DNA of 53,390 bases, the filler included, from Bipalium vagum (Eukaryota), in assembly GCA_037834085.1 (NCBI GenBank). It is 3 parts of 3 records of this genome, joined end to end, with 100 filler letters (N's around TTAATTAATTAA, not from the genome) between each part and the next. Parts side by side here need not be neighbours in the genome. Positions count along the whole stretch, not along the records: positions 17,531 to 35,643 come from JBBMKC010040532.1; positions 35,744 to 53,390 come from JBBMKC010057678.1; 1 more part is not named here. One strand, 5' to 3'. The translations under genes were made by a program, and so were the position numbers. The notes beneath the pieces are model-generated. The model worked only from the letters and a program-made list of their open reading frames with translations. It ran no database searches and was not told where the DNA came from. The stretch's first letter is position 1. The number at the start of each line of letters is the position of its first letter. Of this stretch, positions 25,201 through 37,967 are shown piece by piece.

Positions 25201-28200
25201 CTTAAAATTAAAAATTGTATGTGGAGAAATTTGTAAAATAGCAGAAAGTACCAATAAAACGATAAATATTATAGGTCTTTTTAACATATTTAATTTATTT
25301 TCTTTAAATAAACTTCAAAATCATATTTTTTTAGAATTATTAATATTATTTTGGAAACGAACACTATTCCTTATTATAATAAACAGGTATTATTAATTAA
25401 GTCCCAATACTGAAATAAGAACTGAAACTCTGTTACAGTAAAAATACCAAAATTGCAAATGATTAAAAAAGTAGAAAACTATATAAAATCAATAATTACA
25501 GAATAATTTTATAATAAAAAACTTAATTAATCGTTATTATGATTAAAACAAGAAAATTATTTTTTAAAAAACTCCTTGTTTGTTACAGATCCAATTGGGA
25601 CTAATTTTGATTTAATTTCTATTAATATTGAATGATCAGAAAATTTATTATATATACTCATTTTAGTTTATGGATTAAGACTGAAACATACATTAATTAA
25701 AATGAAGATCTGAAAGACTTTTCTGTCCACTTTAAAAAAACAAGTGTTTCCTAAGCTTGAAATGAACTTATTCTAGTCACATTAAACTACAATATCACAA
25801 AATTCATGCTAACGTATAATCTATAAAAAGCCAGTATTATACATAAGGCCGTAAAAACGAAAACAGATTAATTTGCAGTGACAATTTATCAAAATTCTGA
25901 ACAGTGTTTTGTTATGCATTAATAAATCAGCACCCTTAAATCAGTACTGATATATCCATTTGATAATGATTATGACAATCAAAAAATAATAAATAGCTAA
26001 AATATAATGGTATTAAACTGTTTGTTTTGGAATATTTTCGTTATTTAAATAGTAATTTTAAAATAAAAAACTTTAACTTTTCAAAATCTAAAAAGTCTCA
26101 TGTTGAATGAAATGAGGCTCAGTTTGATAATTAAATAGTGCTCCTATATTTATCAGTTTATTAATCTTAATATTTAAAAGATTATTTTCGCTATTATAAC
26201 AATTGACACATATATTAAGCAGTTTTTTATTTCTTAATGGATAGGTCCAGTATTCCAACATTGTAAAAAGATTGAATACCCACAGAACACATTCTGACAT
26301 AACACTTAGAGATGTTAAGAATTTTCAATAATGATATTGAGAAAGAATTCTGATCCTCCCTCCTGAAAATACTGAATATTAAAATAAACTTGACTTTCCG
26401 TGAATGAGAATTACTATCCAAATTTTAATGTCACTAAATAACGACAGGGAGCCCATGTTAAGCGGAAATAAATTTAAGTTTCATTGATCTATTTATCCAT
26501 ATATAAAAGTTTTAATAAATCAACTTTATAAAAAAAATCAGGAGTAAAATCTGAATATTTCAATTATAAAAAGAATTTAACACTAAATCTACACAATTTG
26601 AAAACCCAAAAGAGATTAGAGAATAACATAATGTAAAAAAACATTTGGCTTTATTTATATCTTGGTACTTTAATGAAATCTGTATTTTAAAATCAATATT
26701 CGTATGAGAATAAACGAGTTTGTATAAATTAAATGTCATCGACAAAAACATATTAATTTACATAAATTTACATTATTTTCTATTATCTACATTGAGAGGT
26801 TCTGTTATTGTACTTCGAATAAATAAATCTTCAAAAAATTTCACAATACTAAATCCATATTTATTTTGATAAAAAATAAGAAACTAAATTTCAATATCAC
26901 ATAATAATACTGGATTCTACCAAAATTGACATTTTGCACAATCGTCAATTAGAAATTCTCAATGTCAGTAATTTTATGGACAAATCTCTATTCAGTCAAC
27001 TGCTGTAAATATAATTTTCCATCAATCATTATTGGTCAAATTTTGATATATTTCTTTAGGATCCCCCAAATATATATATAAAGAAAATTAATATAACTAT
27101 AATTTTAATACAGTTAATAATTTATTCTCCTCTTCATTAGAACATCCTTCTGGTTTTTTTATATAAAAGGTCTTTACAAATTTTGTTTCATTCAAATGAT
27201 TAAACCTGTGTTGTTTTTTAATTTCATTTAAATTGGTGAAGGAGAATATTGTTTTCTATAAATATTGATAATAATAAAAAAAACAAAATATTTAGTCTTT
27301 TGAGAACCATTGGTACATAATCCTGAAAATCCCAATTTTAAATTAGAAATAATGAAGTTTCAAAAAAATTCGTGAATTTGTCTCAAGTGGATTTTCAAAA
27401 AAGTATTTATTAAAGGTTTTAAAATTCATAAAAACACTAATAAAGAATTTTTTTAAAACAATATAAAAGATACTACTATTTCAATTAACAATTTTTGATA
27501 TATTACTATCATCCCCATTCATGGTGAAATTTAATTAAATGACTAAATGTGCTTATAAATTTTTATTGATAAAATCAAAATAATATTAAATTCATAAACT
27601 TTGATACATTTTCACAAAACATGTAATACATAATATCACAATTAGTAATTAAGAAATAATAATACTTTATCACTGCTTTGCTGACATAATATTTTGGCCA
27701 CTTTGAAAATTAAGCTACAAGTAACAGAATTAACTGGCACTGCTGACTGATTTTCATCGATGGAGCACGAGCTAATGAAAGGCTTAAACAAGATGGCCAA
27801 ATAATCTGGATTGTTACTGAGGGTTGAGAATATAATATTGACATATGAAGATAAAATCTCTGAAACTACATTTTGTTCCCTGAATATGATAACTTTTATC
27901 AAATTTTATTTTAAAAATATATTAATTAAATTTCAATGGATTCATAAATAAGAACGAATAAGAAATAAATTTCACTTTTCTTAATCTCTTATTTTTAAAA
28001 TTCACTTTTAAGTATAATCGTACATTTTTATTGTAGAGAATGTTCTTCTTGTGACAGTGATAAATGATTTTCAAATGTTAACCAATTTATTAACATAAAG
28101 TAATTACTACAAATTGATTTTTTGGGAAAATTTTTTTAAAAAAACCAGAATATTAATTGTAGTTCCTAATTTTTAGGAAACCGAAAGTCGGATGATCACG

Positions 28201-31200
28201 ACAATTTAGTCAGGAATATGATCCAAGATTTTCAAGTCCTAGGATGTCGAATGAGTATAAAAATGCATTTTTTTAAACTCACACCTGGATTATTTACCTA
28301 GCAACCATGGAGCTTATAGCGAGGTGCATGGTGAACGATTTAAACAGGACATAGCCATTATGGAGAAGAGGTATCAGGGGATTTGGAATGTCAGCATTCC
28401 GGGCAAACTGTTGTTGTTGCATAAGCGTAACAATGCTACAACTATTCATAGTAGAAAACCTCATAGGAAAACGTTTAATTGTAAATAAAATAAAATTTTT
28501 TGTTAAAATTAAGTCTTTTTCTTATTATTCTTTAAAATGTATTTTTGCCTAAACCAGATGTCCTTCAGGAAAAAGGATTTTAGATTCTTAATCAGGTGCA
28601 AAAAATACACTATATTATTATAATACCGTCTCCGATAAAAAAGTTTAAATTTGTAGTGTTATTTTAAAATGTATTATTGATATCAGACTTAAATATCCAT
28701 TATCAGTGTTTTACTTCATAAATATAAGAAACTGGCGTTTAAATTGACTTAAATTTGATTTAACTCAATATAATTTTTACTAATATAAATAATATTTTAA
28801 TATAATTCTTGTTCATAAATAAATCAATAGATAAATAATCATTAAAACAACTTTAAAGATATAATTTCCAGTTGACCAATACAATACCTGACATATTTTC
28901 TGGGAATTGCATAAGAAGTGAATAATATTTTTTTAAAATTTCAAAATATTGCCATCTAAATGTAATACATCTAGTTTTAGAAGTTTATAAATAACTAATA
29001 AAATAATCATTTTGTTTAATAATTAATTAATATTAATTATTAATTAAATATTTAAATTCTATTGATAGGAAAAATGTATGATTGATAACGTTATCTGTTC
29101 TTTTTCTTTGGAACTTACCAACTTCTTAATTTAAACTGATTTGAGTGAAAAGACTTATCATTTCTTAACATTAAAATTAAAATTTTAAAACAAAAATCTA
29201 TTATTTTCAGGTCAATTTTTCAAGAAGTCACGATTCTGTAGATTCTGTACCTTGACACAAGAATTACTTTTTTACAGTCATCAGAAGTAAAAATTTTCAC
29301 AAAAAAAATATTAAGAGAAATTGATCAGTTTTGAATAAATTATATATCATAATATATGTTATTTAACTAAATTAGATTTTATTAATAAATCTAATGAAAA
29401 GTTATCAATCTTATATATTTCTAATTCCTTAACATTGTACGATTACTAATTCATGATTAAAACTAAAACATAAATAACATCTTTTGAAAATAAATATTCA
29501 TATTTTTCAGGAGATAATTTAAAAACAATCAACCAATCAAGTTGAGATAAGATATTCAATGAATTTATGTTTCTATTTTCCATTAAATACAAATAGATAC
29601 AAATAAAAATTTTAATTTGAGATTCTTGCTATAAATCTAAATAAAATTAGAACAACTAAAGTAAAATATATTTTACTTATCAAAAAAATCAATAACATTT
29701 TCACAAAATGGAATTATAATTATAATATAAAATTAATCTGGTACATGATAATTTAATGCAACAGACTTTTACGTCTGATTGTGTTTAAAATTTAAAACAG
29801 GAAAGTGTCAAATGCCTTTGTTTAAACATCCTATACTTGTTATTTCAGAAATGATCAAATAAATTTTTATAATTTTTCTGAGTTCATTAGAGAGATGAAT
29901 TATGTGACTATTATATTTCAATCAATTTGTAAATTCTAAAATTGAAATCAAATTTCTTATATGGATCAAACATTGAGAAGAAATCAAAATCTTAGAAATA
30001 ATAAAATTATAAAAAAACATCTAGATCAGAAGATTTACTTTTTCGCAGTTTTTAAAGCGAAATGTAAATTTTAAAATATATTGTCTCATTCAATTAAAAT
30101 AAAATCTTTAGTTCAAATTATAAACTCCTCATCCTTGAACTTCACAAAAAAATTATTAAATGTTTATAATGAATAGTTTTTCAATAACTGAAATGTCATA
30201 TCAATTGTTGATATTCCAAGTATTTCAGGTCAATTATCAAGAATTTCAATCTTCTTTAAACCGAGAGTTTAATTGTTGTCATTAAGACTTTGGAGTTTAG
30301 TCTCAATACTGTTTCATATAAAAAAACCAGAAGAAAAAGTGAAAAATTATCTTAAAATAGTTTGACGAAATTAAATGTGATAAGACATGAAACAAAAATG
30401 AGAGTCGGTGTCAAAATTACAAACCTTTTATTTTTTTTTAAACTTAACCAAATGATAAAACATGTTCAAAAGAGAGATTTGAGAAAATAATAATGGAGAA
30501 ACTATTAGATTTTATATTAAGATATCTGACATTAATTTTAAATGTAAAAGAAGCTTTAACACGGAAAAAGCGACTATTCACAAATACCAATTTCCAAAAT
30601 TAATATTTATTATAATTCAAATAGAAACAAATAATTTGAAAATTTGAAATTTAGACTTCAACTGAAGAAACAACTTTTGAATTATTAATTTATTTTTTAA
30701 TAATTATCGATCTTCCAAAAAGTTTTTAAAAATAATTATTCAAAATCTTTTTAACTTAACAACTTCATCTAATTTTAAAATGACAAAAAGGAAATTAAAT
30801 TAAATTAATTAGAAAATTACTTAGATATTTTTTAAAAAAGGATAAAGAATCCTAGTAAATTCTAAAAATCCTGAAAATATAACCATCCTCCATTATCCTA
30901 CATAACACAGATCATTTTATTATTCTAACTACGTTATATTAAACTCATATTTACATAAATAACTTTGATAAAGAATACAGGTTCTGTCATTAAGATATTT
31001 ATTAGATTTCAATAAAATAGTCAATATTTTATTTTCACAATATCTAGATTTTTATTCTCTAAAAATATCCATTGGATTTTACAGCTCAAATATTACTTTC
31101 TTTCAAAACACTTATTAATAAAATATCACATAAAAAATTAAATATCTTGAATGTTCTTTAGTTGGACGGTTTTGAAATGACAGTATTATTGGGTGAGGGA

Positions 31201-32261
31201 AATTTTTTGGTATAAAAAAAATTAAACAGAAAGAATTAAAATATTTATTTTAACCACATATGGATCTTTAACATGGATAATCTTTTAACATTTTTCAGGT
31301 GAAGTCATTATTACATTACTCAAAAATTTCGTGAATTCTTTGAAGAAATTTATCAAATATTATTCACAACACTGAATAGAAATGAGGTTTACTCCCTTGA
31401 GAATTTTGCAGACTTATAATAGTCAGACAGTGTCAAATTCGGCAAAACTCGTCCAATCTTCAAACTCATAGATTTACATGGCCTATCATTGGTGGGGCAG
31501 ATAACAATTTCATTTGATGCCAATGCATTTTTATAGAATACGAAAAAACCATTTTCCAATATCAAATAAGTTCAATTAAAATGAAGATAGACCAAAAAAT
31601 GACAATCTGATACTTAAAATTCGATCATTTATTTTAAATGAGGTAATTTGAATTTTCAATGCATTATTAATTAATGTCAAAATAAAATTCGATCATTGAT
31701 CTCAATAATTTGAATTTAAATTGACATTATCATTTTAATAAATTTAAGGTAATAAAGTAAAATACCGAAAAAACAAAATTCCCTCTTCATTTGGCTCTGG
31801 TTGTGTGATCAAAATATTCAACATATCAGAAATGTGCTCGGGAATAACAAGGCTAAAATTCAAAATAAATTTCCACCCATTAAATTACAAAACAATGACC
31901 ATTTCATAAATTAAGTTAATGTTTTATATTTCAGAGTTTGACAGTTAATTCATCTTGAAAATTGATAATCATATTCATTGACACAAATAATTAGTGGACT
32001 TATTAAAATTATATAGATTTTCAATTTACACATTAACAATAAATGCAATAGCCAATTGTTTGAAAATTAATCTTTACTAATTTAATAATTTTTCATTATA
32101 CACCTGTACTTCGTTAATAACCCCGTCCTCAGATAAAACCTCTTTTAATGTGACACCCTGTATGACATTCGATAATTACAATAAAGTAGAAATTATAATC
32201 TAACTTCTTTGTTTAATAAATGATCAACTTTGGAAGAATCAACATTAGGTCTCCAATACAT
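19264..32261 (-). CDS. PPP6R3: SAPS-domain protein / protein phosphatase 6 regulatory subunit (PPP6R-like), 8 exons resolved, 3' incomplete
   Basis: Exons 32261-32205, 32157-32078, 31852-31766, 27879-27666, 25048-24911, 23642-23577, 20742-20651, 19377-19264, all GT..AG with matching phases (0,2,2,0,0,0,2). Protein MYWRPNVDSSKVDHLLNKE|GVTLKEVLSEDGVINEVQVYNEKLLNY|LVIPEHISDMLNILITQP...VVSEILSS...QPP...|WLSNEDITSKLLSKIQP is collinear with the PP6R N-terminus [44 protein letters not shown]. The symbol denotes the family, not strict orthology. Confidence 0.9.
19559..20140 (-). mobile_element. Internally deleted mariner in SAPS intron 7
   Basis: LLFCYNLKKSPAEAHVLITKVYGE N-terminus, SDFHLFRSMQH motif in another frame, and TIR-like tattaggtttg near 19559. 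Confidence 0.85.
21645..22817 (-). mobile_element. IS630-Tc1-type DNA transposon with both TIRs and TA target sites, inactivated
   Basis: TA|cagagtttttcaaaaaaattaacactttcaa ... ttgaaagtgttaattttattttgaaaaaccctg|TA. Transposase remnants IKKATVYNIL, LVFIDKMGINCSMRKRYGY, SISAAIT, FNSEHL..FI and DNVPFH. Confidence 0.9.
24150..24492 (+). mobile_element. hAT transposase C-terminal dimerisation-domain fragment
   Basis: FVSVDVERSFSQHKLMLSDRRQNLTIENIQYL. Confidence 0.8.
28150..28658 (+). mobile_element. Chapaev3-like transposon 3' fragment with probable terminus
   Basis: LGNRKSDDHDNLVRNMIQDFQVLGCRMSIKMHF..SHLDYLPSNHGAYSEVHGERFKQDIAIMEKRYQGIW; ends ...gtagtg|tta, consistent with a GTG terminus and TWA target. 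Confidence 0.8.
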
Positions 32262-33249
32262 TTTACAAACACTCTAGAGAAAATTTAAGAAATACAATTT
32301 AACAGTTTAAGTTGCTTTTTAATTGAAATTTATGAAATAAATTTTAATATAATTAACAAATATATTCATAAACTAACAACTGATTAATGAAATTTGTATA
32401 ATATTTAATTTAAATGAAATTATGTAACTAAAGTCTACAAGTTTAAAATATGATACTCGGAGGTGATTTAAACAAAAGTACTTTCTCATTTTCATATTTT
32501 AAATTATGAAAAACGTTACTTTAACTTTTAAGAAAAATTTGAAATTAGAAAACATTGAGAAATATTATCATGGAAAGGATTTAAAATTATTTTTGGGTTA
32601 TAGTCAGAGTATTGGTTAAATACTCTAATATATTATCTAATAAAAAAGAAATCAATTTCAAATTTATATTATTAAAATTACTTCAGTAAAAACGATAAAA
32701 ACTTATGGATTGCTTACTTTACCATAATATTAATTAAAAGCTGATAATACTATTTTTTAAAATATAATGAACTTAAAATAAGTAAGAAAAATGACAATTT
32801 TAATATTATTTCAATATTTAACTGCTGCAAAACTTTTAAGACAATATTCAGAGTTTGTAACCACATTTTGAAAATTTATAATTAGAATTTGAATATTTAT
32901 TAAAATGTTAAATTTTTAAATTACATGTAAGAAAAGTGTTAAATGATTTAAATAAAAGGATTTTAGATTCGCACAATAATGAACATTCTAGGAAAAAAAT
33001 GTCAAACTAAGTACAATTTCTGCCGTTATAAATGTATATCTTTAAGGTAAATAATTTTAAGTACATACATATAATATATAATGTAAAATTAGTTGGCCAC
33101 TCGGAAGACTTTTGTTTTCCTGTGTAAAGTCCTGTGTGGCATAAAATTGTTTTTAGTCTTGAAATTTTTGTAAAGCGCGCTGTGGTATTAAAGTTCGTTT
33201 GGTTTAGAATTTCAGAAATATAGTTTGGCTAGTGAAAGAAAATCAGTTT

Positions 33250-34650
33250 TAGATACGCCAAGAGTATTGACAAGGAGTTCAATGAGGATACTTAGGATAA
33301 ATACTTGATTGATTGTGGATGCAATGTCAATGAGGAAACGATAATATTAGCGGTACAAGTAGACAATTTTGGTCACCCAAGATTAGTCGGACATAGATAC
33401 GATGAATTATTAAATCCATTTATCCGAGAAGGAAGAGAATTACGTAGAGCAACAGGAATTACTGAGGAATTAACAAGAATTGAAGTTGAGGATCCGGAAT
33501 CGGTAATGCTAGACTAGATATCAGATGAAGATATTCAAGGGACCAGAGAAATACCGCCAACAGAACGGCTAAGAGAAGAAACTCAGATGGGTGATCTATC
33601 CATTGCCTAACAAATTGGAAATCTTTTCATCATTCGAGCCTCATCATATTCTAATGCCTCTGCTACCTGTCTATAGAAAAAATAGAACATGACGAACAGT
33701 CCAGACAATATCAGGAAACAATCCAGTAGGAAGACCAAGGAAAGATCCAAACGCACCACGTCCACAAGGGATTATCAGAGAAACCAAGAAAATACTCCGA
33801 AGAGAATATTTAACCAGATTAGAAGATCGATATAGAAAGCAACACTGAGAAAAAACTTATGATGATGCCACGAGGGAAGATCAAGAACGATTATTAAGAA
33901 TATTGGAAGTAATAGATCCATCTATGGAAACAAGAGGAGAACTGAACGATTTAACATTGGAAATATATTTAGAAATTTTGAAAATTCTAGAAAATTTTGT
34001 GTATAAACCAGACAGTACAAGCGATGAATTATGGTTGGCACAGTTTTTCGAAGGTAGAATGGACAAAGAAAAAGTTATGGTTGGCATAGCATTAATTCTG
34101 AAAAGGGTTGATAAAGTAAATCGGTAGTCTAGTCGAAATAATACAGATATTCTAATTCGAGGTGCAAACAAGACGATTGAAGAATTTTTCGGACCATGGA
34201 TGCAGCTGAATCAAGGATGGTATAATTTACTCGGAATAAAGAAAGCACAACAATCAGAGGCTAAATCAACAACAAGAGGATCATATGATACACCACAAGA
34301 GCAGCCAGATTTCAGACAAAGAACAAGACAAGAGGAACAACCAGAAGAGCCACGAAGAAACAATCAATCAGGACAAGGATCAAGATCAACGAATGACTCC
34401 CGGATGCCTGTGGTGTTAATCATGATTATGATGTTTCTCAACATGATGAACAAGACAAATGCACTAGTATCATACGATCGCAACAAACCGAAGATGGGGA
34501 AAATTTAATCATTAGTGGACTTGGAAGAGTATCCAGAAGCCTACCAGACCAATCTGAAAAACAGAGATGTGGAATATCACAATTTACAAGACACAGAGTT
34601 TAGAAGAACCCAGGTGAAAGAATGTATCGTAAAAAGGGCAGTTTTTATAT
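33250..34650 (+). mobile_element. Decayed env-like / endogenous viral ORF ending in a chuvirus-type glycoprotein N-terminus
   Basis: Purine-rich coding-like strand. ORFs 33903, 34200 and 34515 share one frame from about 33590 to 34650, broken by isolated stops. Hydrophobic signal MPVVLIMIMMFLNMMNKTNA (34404-34463) then LVSYDRNKPKMGKI*SLVDLEEYP...LQDTEFRRTQVKECIVKR. Confidence 0.65.
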
Positions 34651-35369
34651 TTCGAACAAAGATTTTATTGGTGCAGTATGCAATGAAAAGATATTAATTT
34701 TCTTCAGTTACTATTTTTTTCAACAGTCCAATGAATCCTTCATTTTTACCTCTCATAGAAGGTTTGTCATCGGTGCAGACACTAATCAAATTATTTAAAA
34801 TTTATTTTAATTTTTGGTTCACTTCTCTGAAATTTTAAGCTTTATGTGTTTTTTTAGTTAATGTACCAAGCACAAAAAAATCTTCATAACACTAAAAATC
34901 TTTGGTCACAGCTCGAAAAAAAAATTATGTAGAATCGATTTTATCAGTACTCTCATCTAAAGTGATTGAAAAATAAACATCTTTGTTTTCTATTATTGTA
35001 CAAAGTTTCTCCGTTATATTTTGAGCTATTTCATGTTGCCGATCTGTAACAGTTCTTCTTGAAGGAGATTATTGTTTATATTTTTCAACTTTTTCTGGAT
35101 CTAACGTACTCATTGCTTTAACAATGCATTCCTTAATTGTTTCAATGTCACTAAATAGTTTACCTTATTTTACTAAGCCCGTGCCCTATCTTAAGGTAAT
35201 ATTAACTGCAAAATTAGGTTTCTTTAAAAAAGCCACAAAATTCGCTTGTTCTTGATGTTTTTCTTTTTTCAACTTTTCAGGATCAGCTTTACAATTTTCT
35301 CCTTCTAAACTGAAATATTTATGATCTTGATGAGTCGAATAGTGTGTATTGCATTTGATTTTTTAATAG
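34650..35369 (-). mobile_element. hAT (Buster/SPIN/GTF2IRD2-like) transposase fragment
   Basis: SRRTVTDR, FSITLDESTD, NLISVCTDDKPSMRGKNEGFIGLL and ISFHCILHQ*NLCSK; truncates the neighbouring glycoprotein-like ORF. Confidence 0.9.
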
Positions 35370-35371
35370 TA

Positions 35372-35643
35372 CAGTGCGCGTAAAAAGTCTGTTCACCCTT
35401 TATAAAAAATACTAACTAATAATTAATTAATTAATTAATTAGTTAATTTTAATTGAAAATAATATTTTAAACAACGAAATTTATTAAATGAACAAGTCTT
35501 AGTATTGAATAAAATATCCCTTTGATTTCTTGACCAATTGTAATCTTTTGGGCATTGAGTTCACATTTTTCTGGCACGTGTTACGAGAAAGGTTGTACCA
35601 TTTGTTTTGGATCTCATTCCATAAATCTTCAGCACAATTATGT
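35372..35643 (-). mobile_element. Tc1 element 3' end with TIR, running into the gap
   Basis: TA|cagtgcgcgtaaaaagt TIR; minus-strand EDLWNEIQNKWYNLSRNTCQK..SMPKRLQLVKKSKGYFIQY*. Confidence 0.9.
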
Positions 35644-35743
35644 NNNNNNNNNNNNNNNNNNNNNNNNNNNNNNNNNNNNNNNNNNNNTTAATTAATTAAN
35701 NNNNNNNNNNNNNNNNNNNNNNNNNNNNNNNNNNNNNNNNNNN
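35644..35743. other. Assembly gap with artificial six-frame-stop spacer
   Basis: 44 N + TTAATTAATTAA (35688-35699) + 44 N, same design as the first gap. Confidence 0.97.
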
Positions 35744-35882
35744 ATACAACTTTAATTAAATTAAATCAAGTACTTAAAATGTCTTTAAAAAGTTAAGATA
35801 CTTGTACTAACAATAGTAAATATAGTAAAGTTTATTTATAATTAGAAAAAAAACAATTAAATAATAATTATAATAGTAATGA

Positions 35883-35883
<1 letters not shown>

Positions 35884-35935
<52 letters not shown>
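35884..35935. repeat. (ATT)n microsatellite
   Basis: Direct observation. Confidence 0.95.
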
Positions 35936-35940
<5 letters not shown>

Positions 35941-36089
35941 TAAACATTAAATATTGTTCAAATATTTTTTAAAAAACTTAAAATTTAATAAATATTCTTA
36001 ACCACAAAAAAGTACTGCAACATAATAAAACGAGATTTCAACAAAGTAATTGTGTTAGTCATAATATAAACACATTATTTGACAATTAA

Positions 36090-36420
36090 TAATTAGTATT
36101 TTTGTCAATATATTCCTGTGGTCTTCTCCAAATGTTTAAAGTAAAGTTTTTGAAAATTGTCTGGTGCTATTAGTTCCAATTGCTATTTTAATCCTTTTGA
36201 CATTTGTTATTTTGAAGTTGCCATATGATTATAATTTTGTCTGACAAGTCGACTAAATCCCTCAAATCATGTTCGATACCATTATAGGATATGAACATTT
36301 CTGAAATACAATGTATCAAACATTATTTTTGCAGCATGTAACCTTGCATTATCATACTTCAGCACAGATTGTGTTTTACAGTACTTGGAATGATGTACAT
36401 TTAAATATTTCTGAATAATA
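36090..36420 (-). mobile_element. Highly decayed Tc1-like catalytic fragment
   Basis: YDNARLHAAKIMFDTL..RNVHIL*W resembles QDNA..H....V..L.W. Confidence 0.5.
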
Positions 36421-37967
36421 TTAAAATTAAAAAAATTCTTTTTTCAAGTAAAAAAGGATTAATAAAAAATTCGTTGCAGTTTGAAATTTTGAAAATTTTT
36501 CATTCATTCACACACAAAATTAAAAAAAAAATTTGGAAAATATGAAAACACGTATTTACAGAAATTAATCCATAACTAAGTCAAATTTGAAGTTTTCGTT
36601 CTTTTTAATATGAAATAAAGTTTTTTCACTTTTTGTGACGAAACTTGTGAAAAAGAAAAAAAGTCTTATGATGCTAATCCATTTTACATTTCCAAGAGAA
36701 ACCAAATCAAAAGATAAAACAGTTTATATTTTAAGAAGTTTTAAAGAATTTTTTTATATATAAAATTAACTATAAAAATAAATAATATTTTAAGGCATTT
36801 ATTATTTTATTTAACATTTAAACGTATAAATTAGATACTTTTTGTAAAGAATATAATATAATATAATATAAAGTTCCCATAAATTGGTGACACGAAAGAA
36901 TTGAGTTAGGTAGGTAATTTAACATAAGAAATTTAGTGATCAGAAGGAATTATCAGAATGTAACGCTAGGAGAAAATTTAAAACACCAAAGAACAATATG
37001 TAAATTGTCAATATACATATTAAAACTGAGTAAATTATTGAGTCAAGTGAACAACTAAAACACAAAGACAAATAATAATACAAAATCGAAAAAAAATTTT
37101 AAAAATTGATTTACTGAAATATCTCGACTTTCTAAAATCAATTTTAGAATAATTGTTTGTTAAAACAAGAAAGAGAAATAACCCTCATTGTCTCATCCTC
37201 AAAGGCATCAGTTGAAGTATCAGTTCTAGGTCCTACTGGAAGTAGAGAACGCAAAAAAAAAGATAACAGGGCAATAAAAATAAAACACTTAATTATTTGA
37301 TTATGGGGTGTCAGAGACGATAGTATTTAATTTCTTTAGTTAATTATCCTAGAAAAAAATAATTTGTAATAAAAATATTACTTTTACTTTAAAAATTTTA
37401 TTATTTTTATTATTAAGTAACCTGATTACCTTTTAACACTGTGATATCTTTTAATATATAATTATTTTTACTTCGTTAATTACCGAATTATTTGTTGTTT
37501 AGTTTAGATTTAATATCAAATCTTCTGAAGAAGTAGCTTTAAAATTAATTACTTTTGTAAGCCTCGAATTTCCACTTCTAATGTATGTTTGGTTGAAAAT
37601 GATTCTATGAAATTTTTATTGCTGACACTCTGTCTTCTCATTGATTTCTCGATTCTAAAAAATTCTCAAAAATATTTATCGGTTTCAAATCTACTCTTTC
37701 TGTAGGCATTCTCTGTCTCGTTTTCTCATAATTCACTTGATACTTTTTGTTGAAACTCGAAGACTTTTTCCTGTGATTTATTATGAATCTGTTCGTATTT
37801 TATTAGGTCTGCTGACCTTTTTTCGATAAACTATTGCGTGTCTTCATTTATCTTATTCTTTTTCTGTTGTCATTATCGAAATAGTAACTTGATGTTGCTA
37901 ATTTTAGATTTACCATAAAAGTTTTCTAAGCTAATCCTTTTTATTTTAATTATATAATTAGTATATA

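Noticed and set aside
28888-28955. AG..GT-bounded segment as an extra SAPS exon
   Set aside because: 68 nt would shift the frame; exons 31852-31766 and 27879-27666 already join correctly.
33881-34171. 96-aa minus-strand ORF
   Set aside because: Antisense shadow of the purine-rich plus-strand frame.
37500-37920. Purine-rich minus-strand stretch as LTR gag
   Set aside because: No recognisable motif survives.
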